A stretch of 64,000 nt of DNA from Myxococcota bacterium (GTDB taxonomy: Bacteria; Myxococcota_A; Polyangia; DRWM01), in contig JBFYZU010000103.1 of NCBI GenBank assembly GCA_041309365.1, positions 1,463 through 65,462 on the forward strand, written 5' to 3'. Shown one piece after another: positions 31,442-41,379 of this stretch. The notes beneath the pieces are model-generated. The model did no database searches. It saw only the letters and a list, made by a program, of their open reading frames with translations, and was not told the origin of the DNA. The first letter of the stretch is position 1; each line of letters starts with the position of its first letter. Position numbers and translations under genes: made by a program.

Positions 31442-32095
31442 GTGTCACTCGCCGCTCTTTCTCTCGAAGCAGTGCTCGCATACCTGGTCGCCATGGCGGC
31501 CAGGCTCATCGGGCTGACTCTGAGGGTGAGACTGCGCGTCCGGTCGAGGATGGCCAAGGGACCGGTCATCTATGCATTCCTCCACGGACAGCAGATGGCG
31601 CTTCTGCGCTACCCTCGCCCGCGCGCCACGGCGGCGCTCGTGAGCCTGAGCCAGGATGGAGCCCTGCAGGCAAGGGTCCTCTCGCACCTGGGCCTGGACA
31701 TCATACGAGGATCCACGAGCACGGGCGGCGCAGCCGCTCTGAGCGCCTCTCTGAGCTGGCTGGCATCAGGACGGGACCTCGCCGTGGCGGTCGACGGACC
31801 GAGAGGACCGGCCGGACGATCCAAGCCCGGCACCATCTGGCTGTCGCAGAAGGCACGGGCACCCATCATACCCGTGGCCTGCGCCGCGTCGACGGCCCAC
31901 AGGCTGCGAGGAGCGTGGGACTCCTTCATGATCCCCGTGCCCTTCGCGCGTGTTCCCATCCACTCGGGTGAGCCCTTTCGTCCCTGGGAAATGGACTGGA
32001 CAGATCAGCGCAAGCTCTCCTATCTTGATTCGCTGCTCTCGGATCTGAGCGCCCGAGCGCAGGGCGAGGTCCGGACAGAGGGAGCGTCCCATTAG
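31442..32095 (+). CDS. DUF374 lysophospholipid acyltransferase-like family protein
   Basis: Resembles the DUF374 domain found next to Kdo transferase genes. About 217 aa. Confidence 0.5.
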   Translation: MSLAALSLEAVLAYLVAMAARLIGLTLRVRLRVRSRMAKGPVIYAFLHGQQMALLRYPRPRATAALVSLSQDGALQARVLSHLGLDIIRGSTSTGGAAALSASLSWLASGRDLAVAVDGPRGPAGRSKPGTIWLSQKARAPIIPVACAASTAHRLRGAWDSFMIPVPFARVPIHSGEPFRPWEMDWTDQRKLSYLDSLLSDLSARAQGEVRTEGASH

Positions 32096-32972
32096 CACCA
32101 AGGTCAACATCGACGGCAGGATCGTCGGACCCGGGGACGCGGTCATCCCCGTATTCGACAGGGGGTTCCTCTACGGCGACAGCGTCTACGAGGTGATGCG
32201 CACCTATCACGGCGAGCCCTTCGCACTCGAGGAGCACCTCGGCCGGCTCGAGCGAAGCGCCGGGCTCATCGGCATCGAGCTGCCGGTGCCGGGAAGCCTG
32301 ATCGCCGACAGGATACGTCAGACACTGGCCAGCGCAGGCAACACCGAGTCGTACATCAGGGTCATCCTCACACGGGGCGAGGGCGAGATCGATCTCGACC
32401 CCGCCGCGGCAAGAGACCCGCACCTCGTCGTCATCGTCAGGCCCCGCCGCCCCCTTGTCGCCGAACTGGTCCAGCAGGGGGCCTCCGTACTCCTGGTACC
32501 GTCGGGCAGGGCCGGGTTCGGGGCCGTACCCGACGGGAGCAAGACCGGCAACTACCTTGCCAACATCATGGCCCTCGGACGTGCCCGCCAGGCAGGTCAC
32601 CACGAGGCCATCATGGTGGAGGCCGGAGGCCTCATCACCGAAGGGGCGTCGAGCAACATCTTCGTGGTCACCCAGGGCCGCGTCAGGACCCCTTGCCTGT
32701 CCACCGGCATCCTGCCCGGGATCACCCGCGGGCTGGTGATCGGGTTGTGCCGCGACCTGGGGATGGAGGTGACGGAGACCGACCTCGTGCCGTCGGATCT
32801 TCTCGGCGCGCAGGAGGCCTTCCTCACGAGCACCCTCAGGGAGGTGCTGCCCGTGGTCCGCGTAGGTGGCGACAGGATAGGAGATGGTCGACCCGGCCCC
32901 GTCTGTTCACGCATCCGGGAGGCCTTCCTTGCCATGGTGGCCGCAGGTGGACCAAAAAACCGGGACGCTTGA
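32091..32972 (+). CDS. aminotransferase class IV (branched-chain / D-amino-acid aminotransferase or aminodeoxychorismate lyase-like); start codon uncertain
   Basis: Conserved fold-type IV N-terminal block IDGRIVGPGDAVIPVFDRGFLYGDSVYE lies upstream of the first ATG (32193). It is in frame right after an in-frame TGA at 32046. Candidate non-canonical start ATT at 32091 overlaps the upstream TAG. Confidence 0.6.
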   Translation: MSTKVNIDGRIVGPGDAVIPVFDRGFLYGDSVYEVMRTYHGEPFALEEHLGRLERSAGLIGIELPVPGSLIADRIRQTLASAGNTESYIRVILTRGEGEIDLDPAAARDPHLVVIVRPRRPLVAELVQQGASVLLVPSGRAGFGAVPDGSKTGNYLANIMALGRARQAGHHEAIMVEAGGLITEGASSNIFVVTQGRVRTPCLSTGILPGITRGLVIGLCRDLGMEVTETDLVPSDLLGAQEAFLTSTLREVLPVVRVGGDRIGDGRPGPVCSRIREAFLAMVAAGGPKNRDA

Positions 32973-33038
32973 CATTTCCCCCCCAGTCCTATCAAACATC
33001 TAAGGATCCAGCGACCCCGCGAGGGAGGCCAGAGACCA

Positions 33039-34490
33039 ATGACCACGGATAATCGGACACAGGGCGCCAGGAGCCGGGCAACGCTCGTGCTGGGAATCGT
33101 CTGCGCGTTCGGGGCAGGCATGCTGACGGGCTACCTCATAGGTCTCGGCGGTGCCGCCAGCGAGATGGATATCCCGGTGCCCGTCTATGACGTGCAGATA
33201 GGCAACTCCCCCCGTCTCGGGCCCGACAGCGCGCCGGTGACCATCGTGCTCTTCACGGACTTCTCCTGTCCACACTGCCGCAAGGCATCGGGAATCATCG
33301 AGAAGCTCCGGGAGCGCCACGGCGACGACGTGCGCATCGCATTCAAGCACTTTCCGATGACCACCCTTCACCCGACGGTCATGATGGCCCACGAGGCGGC
33401 CGTGGCCGCCATGGTCCAGGGCAACTTCTGGGCCTACCACGACCGGCTGTTCACCCACACCGGGCCTTTCGAGCGTCCCGTCCTGACGACAATCGCTGCG
33501 GAAATGGGCATGGACCCTGCCAGGCTGGGCGCGGAGATCGACCGGCACGCGCACCGGGCAGTGGTGGAACGGGACATTGAGCTCGGCCGCGCTCTCGGAG
33601 TGCAGGGCACTCCCACGTTCTTCATCAACGGAAGGAAGGTGGTGGGAGCCAACGAGCGTCGCATCGAGCACGTGATCGTCCACGAGCTGGACCACGCCAA
33701 AGAGCTCGTGTCCGCAGGTGTGCCGGCCGACAAGGTCTACGAGAAGATCATGAGCGAGGCGGTCAAGCCTCTGGGCCAGGATGCCTTGCCGAAACCTCCA
33801 TCCGTGATCCCGCCACGGCCGCCTTTGCCGGACGATCCGGACACCGTCTACCGGGTCGAACTGCTCAACTCCACCCTCGTGGGCAAGCCCGATGCCACGA
33901 TCACGCTCGTGCTGTTCATGGACTACCAGTGTGCCTTCAGTGCCAATGCAGAGGCCAACATCGGCAAGCTCATGCAGAGCATGGGGGACAACCTCAGGGT
34001 CGTGTACAAGAACAACCCGCAACCACGTCACGAGAACGCCATGCTGGCAGCCGAGGCCGCCCTGGCCGCAGGGGCGCAGGGGAAGTTCAAGGAGATGCAC
34101 GACAAGCTGTTCGCCAACCGCGAGAAGCTCGATCGCGAGGTCATCGACGGGCTGGCCAGGGAGCTCACGCTGGACATGACTGCCTTCGCCCAGTCACTCG
34201 ACGAGCACCGCTTCGCGCCCATCATCAAGCAGGAGCAGACCATGGCGGCCCAGCTCGGCGCCACATCGACGCCCACCTACTTCATCAACGGAAAAAAGCT
34301 CAAGGGCGACCAGCCCCTGGAGGTGCTCGAGCTGGCCCTTCAGAAGGCCGCCCAGGAAGCCACGGAGCACCTCTCCAAGGGCGTCGAGGCCAAGGATCTC
34401 TACCAGAAGATCATCGAGAAAGGGTTCACGGGCGCACCGATCTCGACTCCCATCGCTCCACCCCCGTCGAATCCGTCCGCACCATACTGA
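33039..34490 (+). CDS. tandem DsbA-like thioredoxin-domain protein
   Basis: Domain 1 has CPHC. Domain 2 has CAFS, a degenerate CxxS. Both show the GTPTFFING/YFINGKK DsbA-type motif. N-terminal TM anchor. Confidence 0.7.
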   Translation: MTTDNRTQGARSRATLVLGIVCAFGAGMLTGYLIGLGGAASEMDIPVPVYDVQIGNSPRLGPDSAPVTIVLFTDFSCPHCRKASGIIEKLRERHGDDVRIAFKHFPMTTLHPTVMMAHEAAVAAMVQGNFWAYHDRLFTHTGPFERPVLTTIAAEMGMDPARLGAEIDRHAHRAVVERDIELGRALGVQGTPTFFINGRKVVGANERRIEHVIVHELDHAKELVSAGVPADKVYEKIMSEAVKPLGQDALPKPPSVIPPRPPLPDDPDTVYRVELLNSTLVGKPDATITLVLFMDYQCAFSANAEANIGKLMQSMGDNLRVVYKNNPQPRHENAMLAAEAALAAGAQGKFKEMHDKLFANREKLDREVIDGLARELTLDMTAFAQSLDEHRFAPIIKQEQTMAAQLGATSTPTYFINGKKLKGDQPLEVLELALQKAAQEATEHLSKGVEAKDLYQKIIEKGFTGAPISTPIAPPPSNPSAPY

Positions 34491-34494
34491 CGGC

Positions 34495-36249
34495 TCAACC
34501 ACTTCTTCCGAACCGCCTCTCGATCTCCGCTCGCGGCAAGACGAGGCTCACCGGACGTCCGTGGGGACAGTGATTGGCCCAGTCCACCGTGTCGAGGCTC
34601 TCGAGCAACGCTCGTGCACCGGGCCCATCGATGGCGTCGCCCCCACGCAAGGACGCATGGCAGGCCATCGTGGCGAGCACGTCCTCGGTGAGCGAGACGA
34701 CGCGCCCCCATGGTGCCTCGAGCCTGTCGAGGACATCTCCAAGGAGCCTCTCGGGGCTCACGCCACCCAGAAGCGCGGGAACCTCGCGGACCGTGACACT
34801 GCCGGGGCCCGTGAGGTCTGCACAAAGACCCAACCCCGAGAGCAGCCCCTCGTTCTCCAGCACGAGCGCGGCTTGTTCTTCCTGCACGTCGCACCGCACC
34901 GGGACGAGCAGAAGCTGCCTTTGCACGCCACCTGCTCGCAGCTGGGAGCGGAGCCTCTCGTAGGTGACACGTTCCGCGGCCGCGTGCTGGTCCACCAAAA
35001 CGAGCGCATCGTCATCCTGGCACACCAGGTAGGTGCCCAGGGCCTGACCCAGCACCCTGAGCGACGAGAAGCGGCTCGCCCGCGTCGGTCGTGACGTGAC
35101 CGTGAGACCAGACAGGGTCTGGTCATCGCGCGGATCTCCGTCGCGGACGCGATCCGTCCCGGCTCCCTCGGACCAGCTCGCTGCGAGAAGCCCCTGTTCG
35201 GGATCGAGGCCTGGGCGCCTTGCAGCGGCGCCGGCCGCCTCCAGGTCCATCGCGACGGGGACGCCTCGCGTCCAGGGCGCCTGACGGGCCCAGCCAGAGA
35301 CGGCACCGAACAGCGCGGACGTGACCGTGCGCGGGCTGGCGAAGCGGACCTCCCTCTTCTGGGGATGCACGTTCACATCGACGCCCGTGGCCGGCACCTT
35401 CACCATGACCACGCCCTGCGGGTAACGGCCTGCAGGCAGCAACCCCTCGTGGCCGGCGGCGATGGCCCCGGACAGGGATCTGTCCAGGACGACACGCCCG
35501 TTGACCACGAGCACAAGCCCCGCTGTCGAGACCCGGCACTGCTCGGGAGCCGTGAGAAGGGCCCGCAGGGAGACCTCGCCTGCGTCATGCACGATCTCGT
35601 GGAGCGTCAGGCGTCCCATGAGCGAGCGAGCACGCACCGCGAGATCCTGGCCCGCCGGGCAGGAGAACACCTCCACTCCGTCGTGGTGCAGGGATATCGC
35701 CACATCGGGTCGAGTGAGAGCAAGGTGGCGCACCACGTCCGTCACGTGAGCAGTCTCGGTGCGCTCGGTCTTGAGAAACTTGAGCCTTGCCGGCGTGTTG
35801 AAGAAAAGATCCTGCACCCGGACCCGCGTCCCGGGGGGCAGCCCGGCTGGCGAGCACTCTCTCACCTCGCCTCCCTCGACGAGCACCCTCGTCCCCGCCT
35901 GAGCGCCCGCGGGCTTCGAGAGCAGCGTCAGACGGCTGACGGAGGCGATGGACGGCAGCGCCTCTCCCCTGAACCCGTACGATCGAACACCCAGCAGATC
36001 CCGCTCGGTCTCGATCTTCGAGGTGGCGTGACGCTCGAGAGCCAGGATAGCCTCATCGGGCGACATGCCTGCACCGTCGTCGGCCACCTCGATGCGCTCC
36101 ACCCCACCGCCCGAGAACTCCACGACTATCTCGCCTGCACCTGCGTCGAGAGCGTTCTCGACCAGCTCCTTGACGACGCTGGCCGGGCGCTCGACCACCT
36201 CGCCCGCGGCTATCCGGTTGACCACCTCGGGTGCCAGAATCCGTATCAT
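34495..36249 (-). CDS. mutL: DNA mismatch repair protein MutL
   Basis: GHKL ATPase N-terminus MIRILAPEVVNRIAAGEVVERPASVVKELVENALDAGA. C-terminal dimerisation domain. Confidence 0.9.
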   Translation of the reverse strand: MIRILAPEVVNRIAAGEVVERPASVVKELVENALDAGAGEIVVEFSGGGVERIEVADDGAGMSPDEAILALERHATSKIETERDLLGVRSYGFRGEALPSIASVSRLTLLSKPAGAQAGTRVLVEGGEVRECSPAGLPPGTRVRVQDLFFNTPARLKFLKTERTETAHVTDVVRHLALTRPDVAISLHHDGVEVFSCPAGQDLAVRARSLMGRLTLHEIVHDAGEVSLRALLTAPEQCRVSTAGLVLVVNGRVVLDRSLSGAIAAGHEGLLPAGRYPQGVVMVKVPATGVDVNVHPQKREVRFASPRTVTSALFGAVSGWARQAPWTRGVPVAMDLEAAGAAARRPGLDPEQGLLAASWSEGAGTDRVRDGDPRDDQTLSGLTVTSRPTRASRFSSLRVLGQALGTYLVCQDDDALVLVDQHAAAERVTYERLRSQLRAGGVQRQLLLVPVRCDVQEEQAALVLENEGLLSGLGLCADLTGPGSVTVREVPALLGGVSPERLLGDVLDRLEAPWGRVVSLTEDVLATMACHASLRGGDAIDGPGARALLESLDTVDWANHCPHGRPVSLVLPRAEIERRFGRSG

Positions 36250-36258
36250 GTGGGCACA

Positions 36259-37218
36259 CTACACGACGGCCGCCGACGCGTCGAGTCGGTCCACGACGCT
36301 TGCGAGGATCGAGCCCGCCGGCACGGTACGCGAGACGGCGAGCCCGCAGAGGAGATGGTCCTCGACGAGGCCTCTCGAGTCGAACTCGACCACCTCGCCG
36401 GTGGAGCGCAGGTTGCCGGCCGGGGCCAGACAGACCCTGTGGGCCCAGCGTGAGCACGCCTCGAGAGCCGAGCCGAGAGCACGTCTGGATTTCTCGGGAT
36501 CGGCGAGAGGGTCTACCATGACGGATCCCGCCGGGCGAAAGGAACCATCGACGAAAGCCTCGAACCGCAGCTCCAGGGGCTGGGCGATCGACCCGGCGAG
36601 GAGCGAGAGCGACAGGTGCTGCGAGGCGAGGATGTCCGGATCGAGGAACGACACGACGGCCGTGTCGGCCACAGCCAGCCGCTCGAGATCGGCCGGCGTG
36701 AGCGGGGCATGGGCCCTTCGCCCTATCCTTCCATCGAACCCCGCTGCCAGGACCCAGCCATAATGGGAGGTGACCTCGGCCATGAGCTCCTCCATCCCGC
36801 CGATATCGACGAGGTTGCCACTGCAAAATGCGCTGCGCACGACCGGACCTGGTGATCGGACGGCGAGCTCGAAGAGCCCACGCTCGATGAGCTGGCGGCT
36901 CCCCCGGGGAGGCGTGCAGAAGCCGACATAGGCCACCTCGGGCGCACCGGGGAGCACCTGGCGGACGAGATCCACGATTGCCATGGCGCCCCCGCATGAC
37001 TGCAGATCGAGCACCAGCACGCCCCCTCGCAGAGGCTCTCTTGTCCGGGCGCGGCGAGCTACAGCCTCGCCGATGATGCTCGTGACCACCTTTCGCTCCA
37101 GGGACAGCCCCCTGAAGAGGTGATCGGCCCAGTGAACGACCCGGTCGCGCTCGAACGTGTCCATGATCCCGAGGTGCTCCGCGAGCCTCGCGAAAACGTC
37201 CTGGGAGCGATGGGGCAC
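36259..37218 (-). CDS. hypothetical protein co-operonic with mutL
   Basis: 319-aa ORF ending 10 nt before the mutL start. No recognised motif. Confidence 0.35.
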   Translation of the reverse strand: MPHRSQDVFARLAEHLGIMDTFERDRVVHWADHLFRGLSLERKVVTSIIGEAVARRARTREPLRGGVLVLDLQSCGGAMAIVDLVRQVLPGAPEVAYVGFCTPPRGSRQLIERGLFELAVRSPGPVVRSAFCSGNLVDIGGMEELMAEVTSHYGWVLAAGFDGRIGRRAHAPLTPADLERLAVADTAVVSFLDPDILASQHLSLSLLAGSIAQPLELRFEAFVDGSFRPAGSVMVDPLADPEKSRRALGSALEACSRWAHRVCLAPAGNLRSTGEVVEFDSRGLVEDHLLCGLAVSRTVPAGSILASVVDRLDASAAVV

Positions 37219-37326
37219 GAGTGAAGGCTATCCGGTCGCACCGGGTGAGACAAGTCGCAGGCTGTCACGGTCGAACGCTGCCACGCGCTGTTGCCCGCCG
37301 ACATGGGAGGGGAGTAGTCTTGGCAC

Positions 37327-38406
37327 ATGACGCGAGACGAATTCGAGAAGCTCCTTGGCTGGGCCGTGGAGAGTGGTGCCAGCGATGTCCACCTCAAGGT
37401 CGCGAGCAGACCTCTCGTGCGCATCGACGGGGTGCTCAGGCCGGTCAAGACCCCCGTGCTCACGCCGGAGGACACCAACGTGTGTGTCCAGCGTGTGCTC
37501 GAGGGCCGCCTGGCCAAGCACTCGCCGTCCGAGATCGACGACCTGGATGTCCCGTTCTCGCTGCCCAATGTTTCGCGCTTCAGGGTGAACATCTTCAGGC
37601 AGCGCCAGACGCTGTCTTTGGTGCTCAGGACCATCCCCACGGAGGTTCCGACGTTCGACAAGCTGGGTCTGCCGCCCGTCATGAAGAAGGTCTCGGAGGA
37701 GACGCGTGGCCTCATCCTCGTCACCGGCGCCACGGGCAGCGGCAAGAGCTCGACCCTTGCAGCCATCATCCGCCACATCAACGCCACGAGGCCCGTGCAC
37801 ATCGTCACCATCGAGGACCCCATCGAGTTCATCCACCGCGACGAGAAGGCGACCGTGAGCCAGAGGGAGGTGGGCGCGGACACCGCGGGATTCAACACGG
37901 CGCTGCGGGCCGCGCTGCGCCAGGATCCCGACGTGATCCTGGTGGGCGAGATCCGCGATCACGAGACCATCGACATCGCACTCAAGGCAGCAGAGACGGG
38001 CCACCTCGTGCTCAGCACGGTGCACACGCCCGACGCGGCCAAGACCATCCGCCGGCTCATGGCCCTGTTCCCCCCGGAAGAGCAGGAGCTGGTGCGCCAA
38101 AGGCTCGCGGACAACCTGCGGGCCACCATCTCGCAGCGGCTCCTGGCACGAGCGGACGGAAAGGGGCGCGTGGCAGCGCTGGAGATCATGGTCGTCACGG
38201 GTACCGTGCAGGAGTGGCTCCTGGAGATGGAGAAGCCCTCCACCATCCGCGACATCATCGAGAAGAGCCGCGACCAGTACGGCATGCTGAGTTTCGACCA
38301 GTGCCTCACGGACCTCTACAAGGGAGGCCTCGTGACGCTCGACGTGGCCAAGGCCGCTGCCTCTCACCCCGCGGACTTCGTCCGAGCACTGCACTTCGAC
38401 ACCTGA
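37327..38406 (+). CDS. pilT: type IV pilus retraction ATPase PilT
   Basis: Walker A GATGSGKSST. PilT-specific AIRHIN and HxxTIEDPIEF blocks. 359 aa. Confidence 0.85.
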   Translation: MTRDEFEKLLGWAVESGASDVHLKVASRPLVRIDGVLRPVKTPVLTPEDTNVCVQRVLEGRLAKHSPSEIDDLDVPFSLPNVSRFRVNIFRQRQTLSLVLRTIPTEVPTFDKLGLPPVMKKVSEETRGLILVTGATGSGKSSTLAAIIRHINATRPVHIVTIEDPIEFIHRDEKATVSQREVGADTAGFNTALRAALRQDPDVILVGEIRDHETIDIALKAAETGHLVLSTVHTPDAAKTIRRLMALFPPEEQELVRQRLADNLRATISQRLLARADGKGRVAALEIMVVTGTVQEWLLEMEKPSTIRDIIEKSRDQYGMLSFDQCLTDLYKGGLVTLDVAKAAASHPADFVRALHFDT

Positions 38407-38478
38407 CATCCCGGAGGCTTATCGAACCTCGACCTGCCCCACCCGTGTCCTTGCCAGCCTCTTTCCTGATCACCCGGC

Positions 38479-39045
38479 TCAGAGCACGGGCGGCGGCAGG
38501 TTGGCATTCCAGGCCAGATCGGCCATGCGTGCGGACAGGTTGGCATGCCGGGCGGCCGCGAACAGGAGATCGGAGGCCCTGTTGAGGAACCTCAGCAGGC
38601 CGGGATCGACCGGCTCGAGCCGCGACAGGGCAACGACTTCCCTCTCTGCGCGTCTCACGACGGTCCTGGCCACGTGCAAGAGCCCTGCTTGGTGACAACC
38701 GCCCGGCAGGATGAAACGATCGATGGGGCCCGTGTCCGCCTCGAGCCGATCGATCGCCTTCTCGAGAAAGACCACATCACGATCCGTGGGAACCGGCACG
38801 CGGCACGAGGTGCCCGCCGGCGCGGCAAGACACGAGGAGCAGTTGTAGAGCCTGTGCTGCAAGAACTCGAGCGCCATGGCAAGACAGGCATCCTCGACCC
38901 TGCTGCGTGCCGCGCCGACGTACGAGCACGCCTCGTCCACGGTGCCGCATGCTCGCACGCGCGCGTCGTCCTTGCCCACCCTGGTCCCGTCGAGAAGCGA
39001 GGTCTGGCCGCCGTCACCGCCTTTTGTGTAGATGTGCGAGCCCAT
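38479..39045 (-). CDS. PduO-type ATP:cob(I)alamin adenosyltransferase
   Basis: N-terminal TKGGDGGQTSLLDGTRVGKDDARV matches the PduO/MMAB signature. 188 aa. Confidence 0.75.
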   Translation of the reverse strand: MGSHIYTKGGDGGQTSLLDGTRVGKDDARVRACGTVDEACSYVGAARSRVEDACLAMALEFLQHRLYNCSSCLAAPAGTSCRVPVPTDRDVVFLEKAIDRLEADTGPIDRFILPGGCHQAGLLHVARTVVRRAEREVVALSRLEPVDPGLLRFLNRASDLLFAAARHANLSARMADLAWNANLPPPVL

Positions 39046-39108
39046 GTCGCTTCCTTTTCTACTGGTTCGACCACACTAGCATCCCTCGAGGGCAGACGGT
39101 ACCGGGGC

Positions 39109-39363
39109 TCAGAAGAACAACTGCAGAGGATCGAGCCCTCTCATGGCCGCACGCGTCAGGCCGAAGTCGTACTTCGCGGGATCTTCCGAGTTGGCCACGA
39201 GCGCCACGATCTCCCTGTCCGCCACGTCCCAAAAGCGACGCACGAACATGAGCGGATCGGGATCGACGTATTCGGGCCTGTTGAAGCGCTCGTAGAGCGC
39301 ATCGAGCTCGAGACGCAGTGCAGCGGTGTTGCCCACGTGAACGATACAGTCGCCGCGGTCCAT
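39109..39363 (-). CDS. small hypothetical protein (84 aa) between cysE and adenosyltransferase
   Basis: Compact ORF 12 nt after the cysE stop. Its TGA stop is followed by 9 in-frame sense codons before a TAG. Confidence 0.3.
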   Translation of the reverse strand: MDRGDCIVHVGNTAALRLELDALYERFNRPEYVDPDPLMFVRRFWDVADREIVALVANSEDPAKYDFGLTRAAMRGLDPLQLFF

Positions 39364-39375
39364 TCCGGCACCTCT

Positions 39376-40338
39376 TCAGATGCCTGAGCCGGCGGCGAAC
39401 TCCTCGCGCCTGTACTGGGCCTGGGTGACGCGGCTCGCGGGGGGAACGGAGCGCGTGAGCCACACGTTTCCACCGATGACGGATCCGCGCCCGATCGTGA
39501 CATGCCCGAGGATGGTGGCACCCGAGTAGATGATGACGTCGTCCTCGACGACGGGGTGGCGGATGACGCCCTTGACCGGCCGTCCATCCTCGTCGAGCGG
39601 AAAGCTCAGCGCTCCCAGGGTCACGCCCTGGTAGATGCGGACGTTCAGCCCGATGCGGGCGGTCTCTCCGACGACCACGCCCGTTCCGTGATCGATGAAC
39701 AGTCCCTGCTCGATCCGTGCACCGGGATGGATATCGATGCCCGTGATCCCGTGCGCATGCTCTGCGATCATCCTCGGGATGAGCGGGACGCCCAGCAGTT
39801 GCAGCTCGTGGGCGATCCTGTGGCTCGTGATGGCGAGGATGCCGGGGTAGCAGAAGATGGCCTCGTCGGTGCTGCCGGCCGCTGGATCTCCCTCGTAGGC
39901 GGCTCTCACGTCGTGCGCGAGCATGTCCTGCACCTTCGGCAAACTCCCGAGAAAGCTCTCGGTCATTGTCCTGGATCGGCTCTCGCACTCCGGGCAACGT
40001 CCCGGATCGTCCTTTTCGCAGAAGAAGCACAAGCCCCGCTTGACCTGCTCGGTGAGCATGCGCACGACCCTGTCGAGGGTGGACCCCACGTGAAAGCGCA
40101 TGCTCTCCGTGCTCATCTCGGAGACGCCGAAGTAGCCGGGGAACAGGACTGATCTCAGATCCTCGACGATCTGCACGACACGATCCCTGGAAGGAAGCTC
40201 CTGGGCGCGACTGCTCCTGGTCAGGGGGCTCGGCTCGCCGTTGCCGTATCCGCACAGCGCCTCGACCACGCCCGACAGGGTCTGGTCCCCGGATCCCGAC
40301 GTCGAGAAAAACCGCTCGCCTGGATGGTCGTGTCGCAT
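39376..40338 (-). CDS. cysE: serine O-acetyltransferase (long form)
   Basis: Left-handed beta-helix hexapeptide repeats and the CysE catalytic block DIHPGARIEQGLFIDHGTGVVVGETA. Confidence 0.85.
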   Translation of the reverse strand: MRHDHPGERFFSTSGSGDQTLSGVVEALCGYGNGEPSPLTRSSRAQELPSRDRVVQIVEDLRSVLFPGYFGVSEMSTESMRFHVGSTLDRVVRMLTEQVKRGLCFFCEKDDPGRCPECESRSRTMTESFLGSLPKVQDMLAHDVRAAYEGDPAAGSTDEAIFCYPGILAITSHRIAHELQLLGVPLIPRMIAEHAHGITGIDIHPGARIEQGLFIDHGTGVVVGETARIGLNVRIYQGVTLGALSFPLDEDGRPVKGVIRHPVVEDDVIIYSGATILGHVTIGRGSVIGGNVWLTRSVPPASRVTQAQYRREEFAAGSGI

Positions 40339-40339
40339 G

Positions 40340-41263
40340 TCACTTCTCGAACAGCCACGTGCTGAGGTAGCGCTCTCCCGAGTCGGGCAGGACCACTACG
40401 ACGACCTTGCCCGCATTCTCGGGCCTGCCCGCCACCTGAACGCCCGCCCAGAGGGCCGCGCCGGATGAGATCCCGGCGAGAATGCCCTCCTCGCGGGCGA
40501 GACGTCGCGACATCTTTTTTCCATCATCGTGGTCGACCACGATGATCTCGTCGATCAGGCTGGTGTCGAGCACGTCGGGCACGAAGCCGGCACCGATGCC
40601 CTGGATCTTGTGCGGCCCGGGTGCTCCTCCCGAGAGGACCGGAGAGCCCGCCGGCTCCACTGCCACTGCCCTGAAAGAAGGCTTTCTCTTCTTGAGCACC
40701 TTGCTCACTCCTGTGATGGTGCCGCCCGTCCCCACGCCCGAGATCAGGAAATCGATCGTGCCGTTCGTGTCGGTCCAGATCTCCTCGGCCGTCGTCATCA
40801 TGTGGGCCTGCGGATTGACCGGGTTTTTGAACTGCTGGGGCATGAAGGCCCCGGGCGTGTTTCCGACAATCTGTTCGGCCCTGCGGATGGCACCGGGCAT
40901 TCCCTCGGAGCCGGGCGTGAGCACGAGCTCGGCACCGAACATCCCCAGGATCTGACGGCGCTCGACGCTCATGGTCTCGGGCATGGTGAGCAACAGTCGG
41001 TACCCCCTGGCCGCGCAAACGAACGCCAGCGCTATTCCGGTGTTGCCACTCGTCGGCTCCACCACGAGCCCACCCGGCTCGAGCGATCCGTCACGCTCGG
41101 CGGCCTCTATCATCGCGAGCCCGATGCGATCCTTGACACTGGAGCAGGGATTGAACGACTCGAGCTTGACGACGAGATCCGCGCCGAGATCCTTTCCGAG
41201 GCGGTTGAGCTTGACCAGCGGCGTCCTTCCCACGAGCTCGGTGATGCTGCTGGCGATGGGCAT
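40340..41263 (-). CDS. cysK: cysteine synthase A (O-acetylserine sulfhydrylase)
   Basis: PLP-lysine block [25 protein letters not shown]. Confidence 0.9.
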   Translation of the reverse strand: MPIASSITELVGRTPLVKLNRLGKDLGADLVVKLESFNPCSSVKDRIGLAMIEAAERDGSLEPGGLVVEPTSGNTGIALAFVCAARGYRLLLTMPETMSVERRQILGMFGAELVLTPGSEGMPGAIRRAEQIVGNTPGAFMPQQFKNPVNPQAHMMTTAEEIWTDTNGTIDFLISGVGTGGTITGVSKVLKKRKPSFRAVAVEPAGSPVLSGGAPGPHKIQGIGAGFVPDVLDTSLIDEIIVVDHDDGKKMSRRLAREEGILAGISSGAALWAGVQVAGRPENAGKVVVVVLPDSGERYLSTWLFEK

Positions 41264-41379
41264 GACTCATGCTTTCCGTGAATGGTGCACCATTTGAGTA
41301 CACCTAGTTCCGACCCGGACCCAGTCAACCCCTGCCCAGGCTCGCTCCTTGTCCGCGATCGGCGAAACCTTGCGGACGA

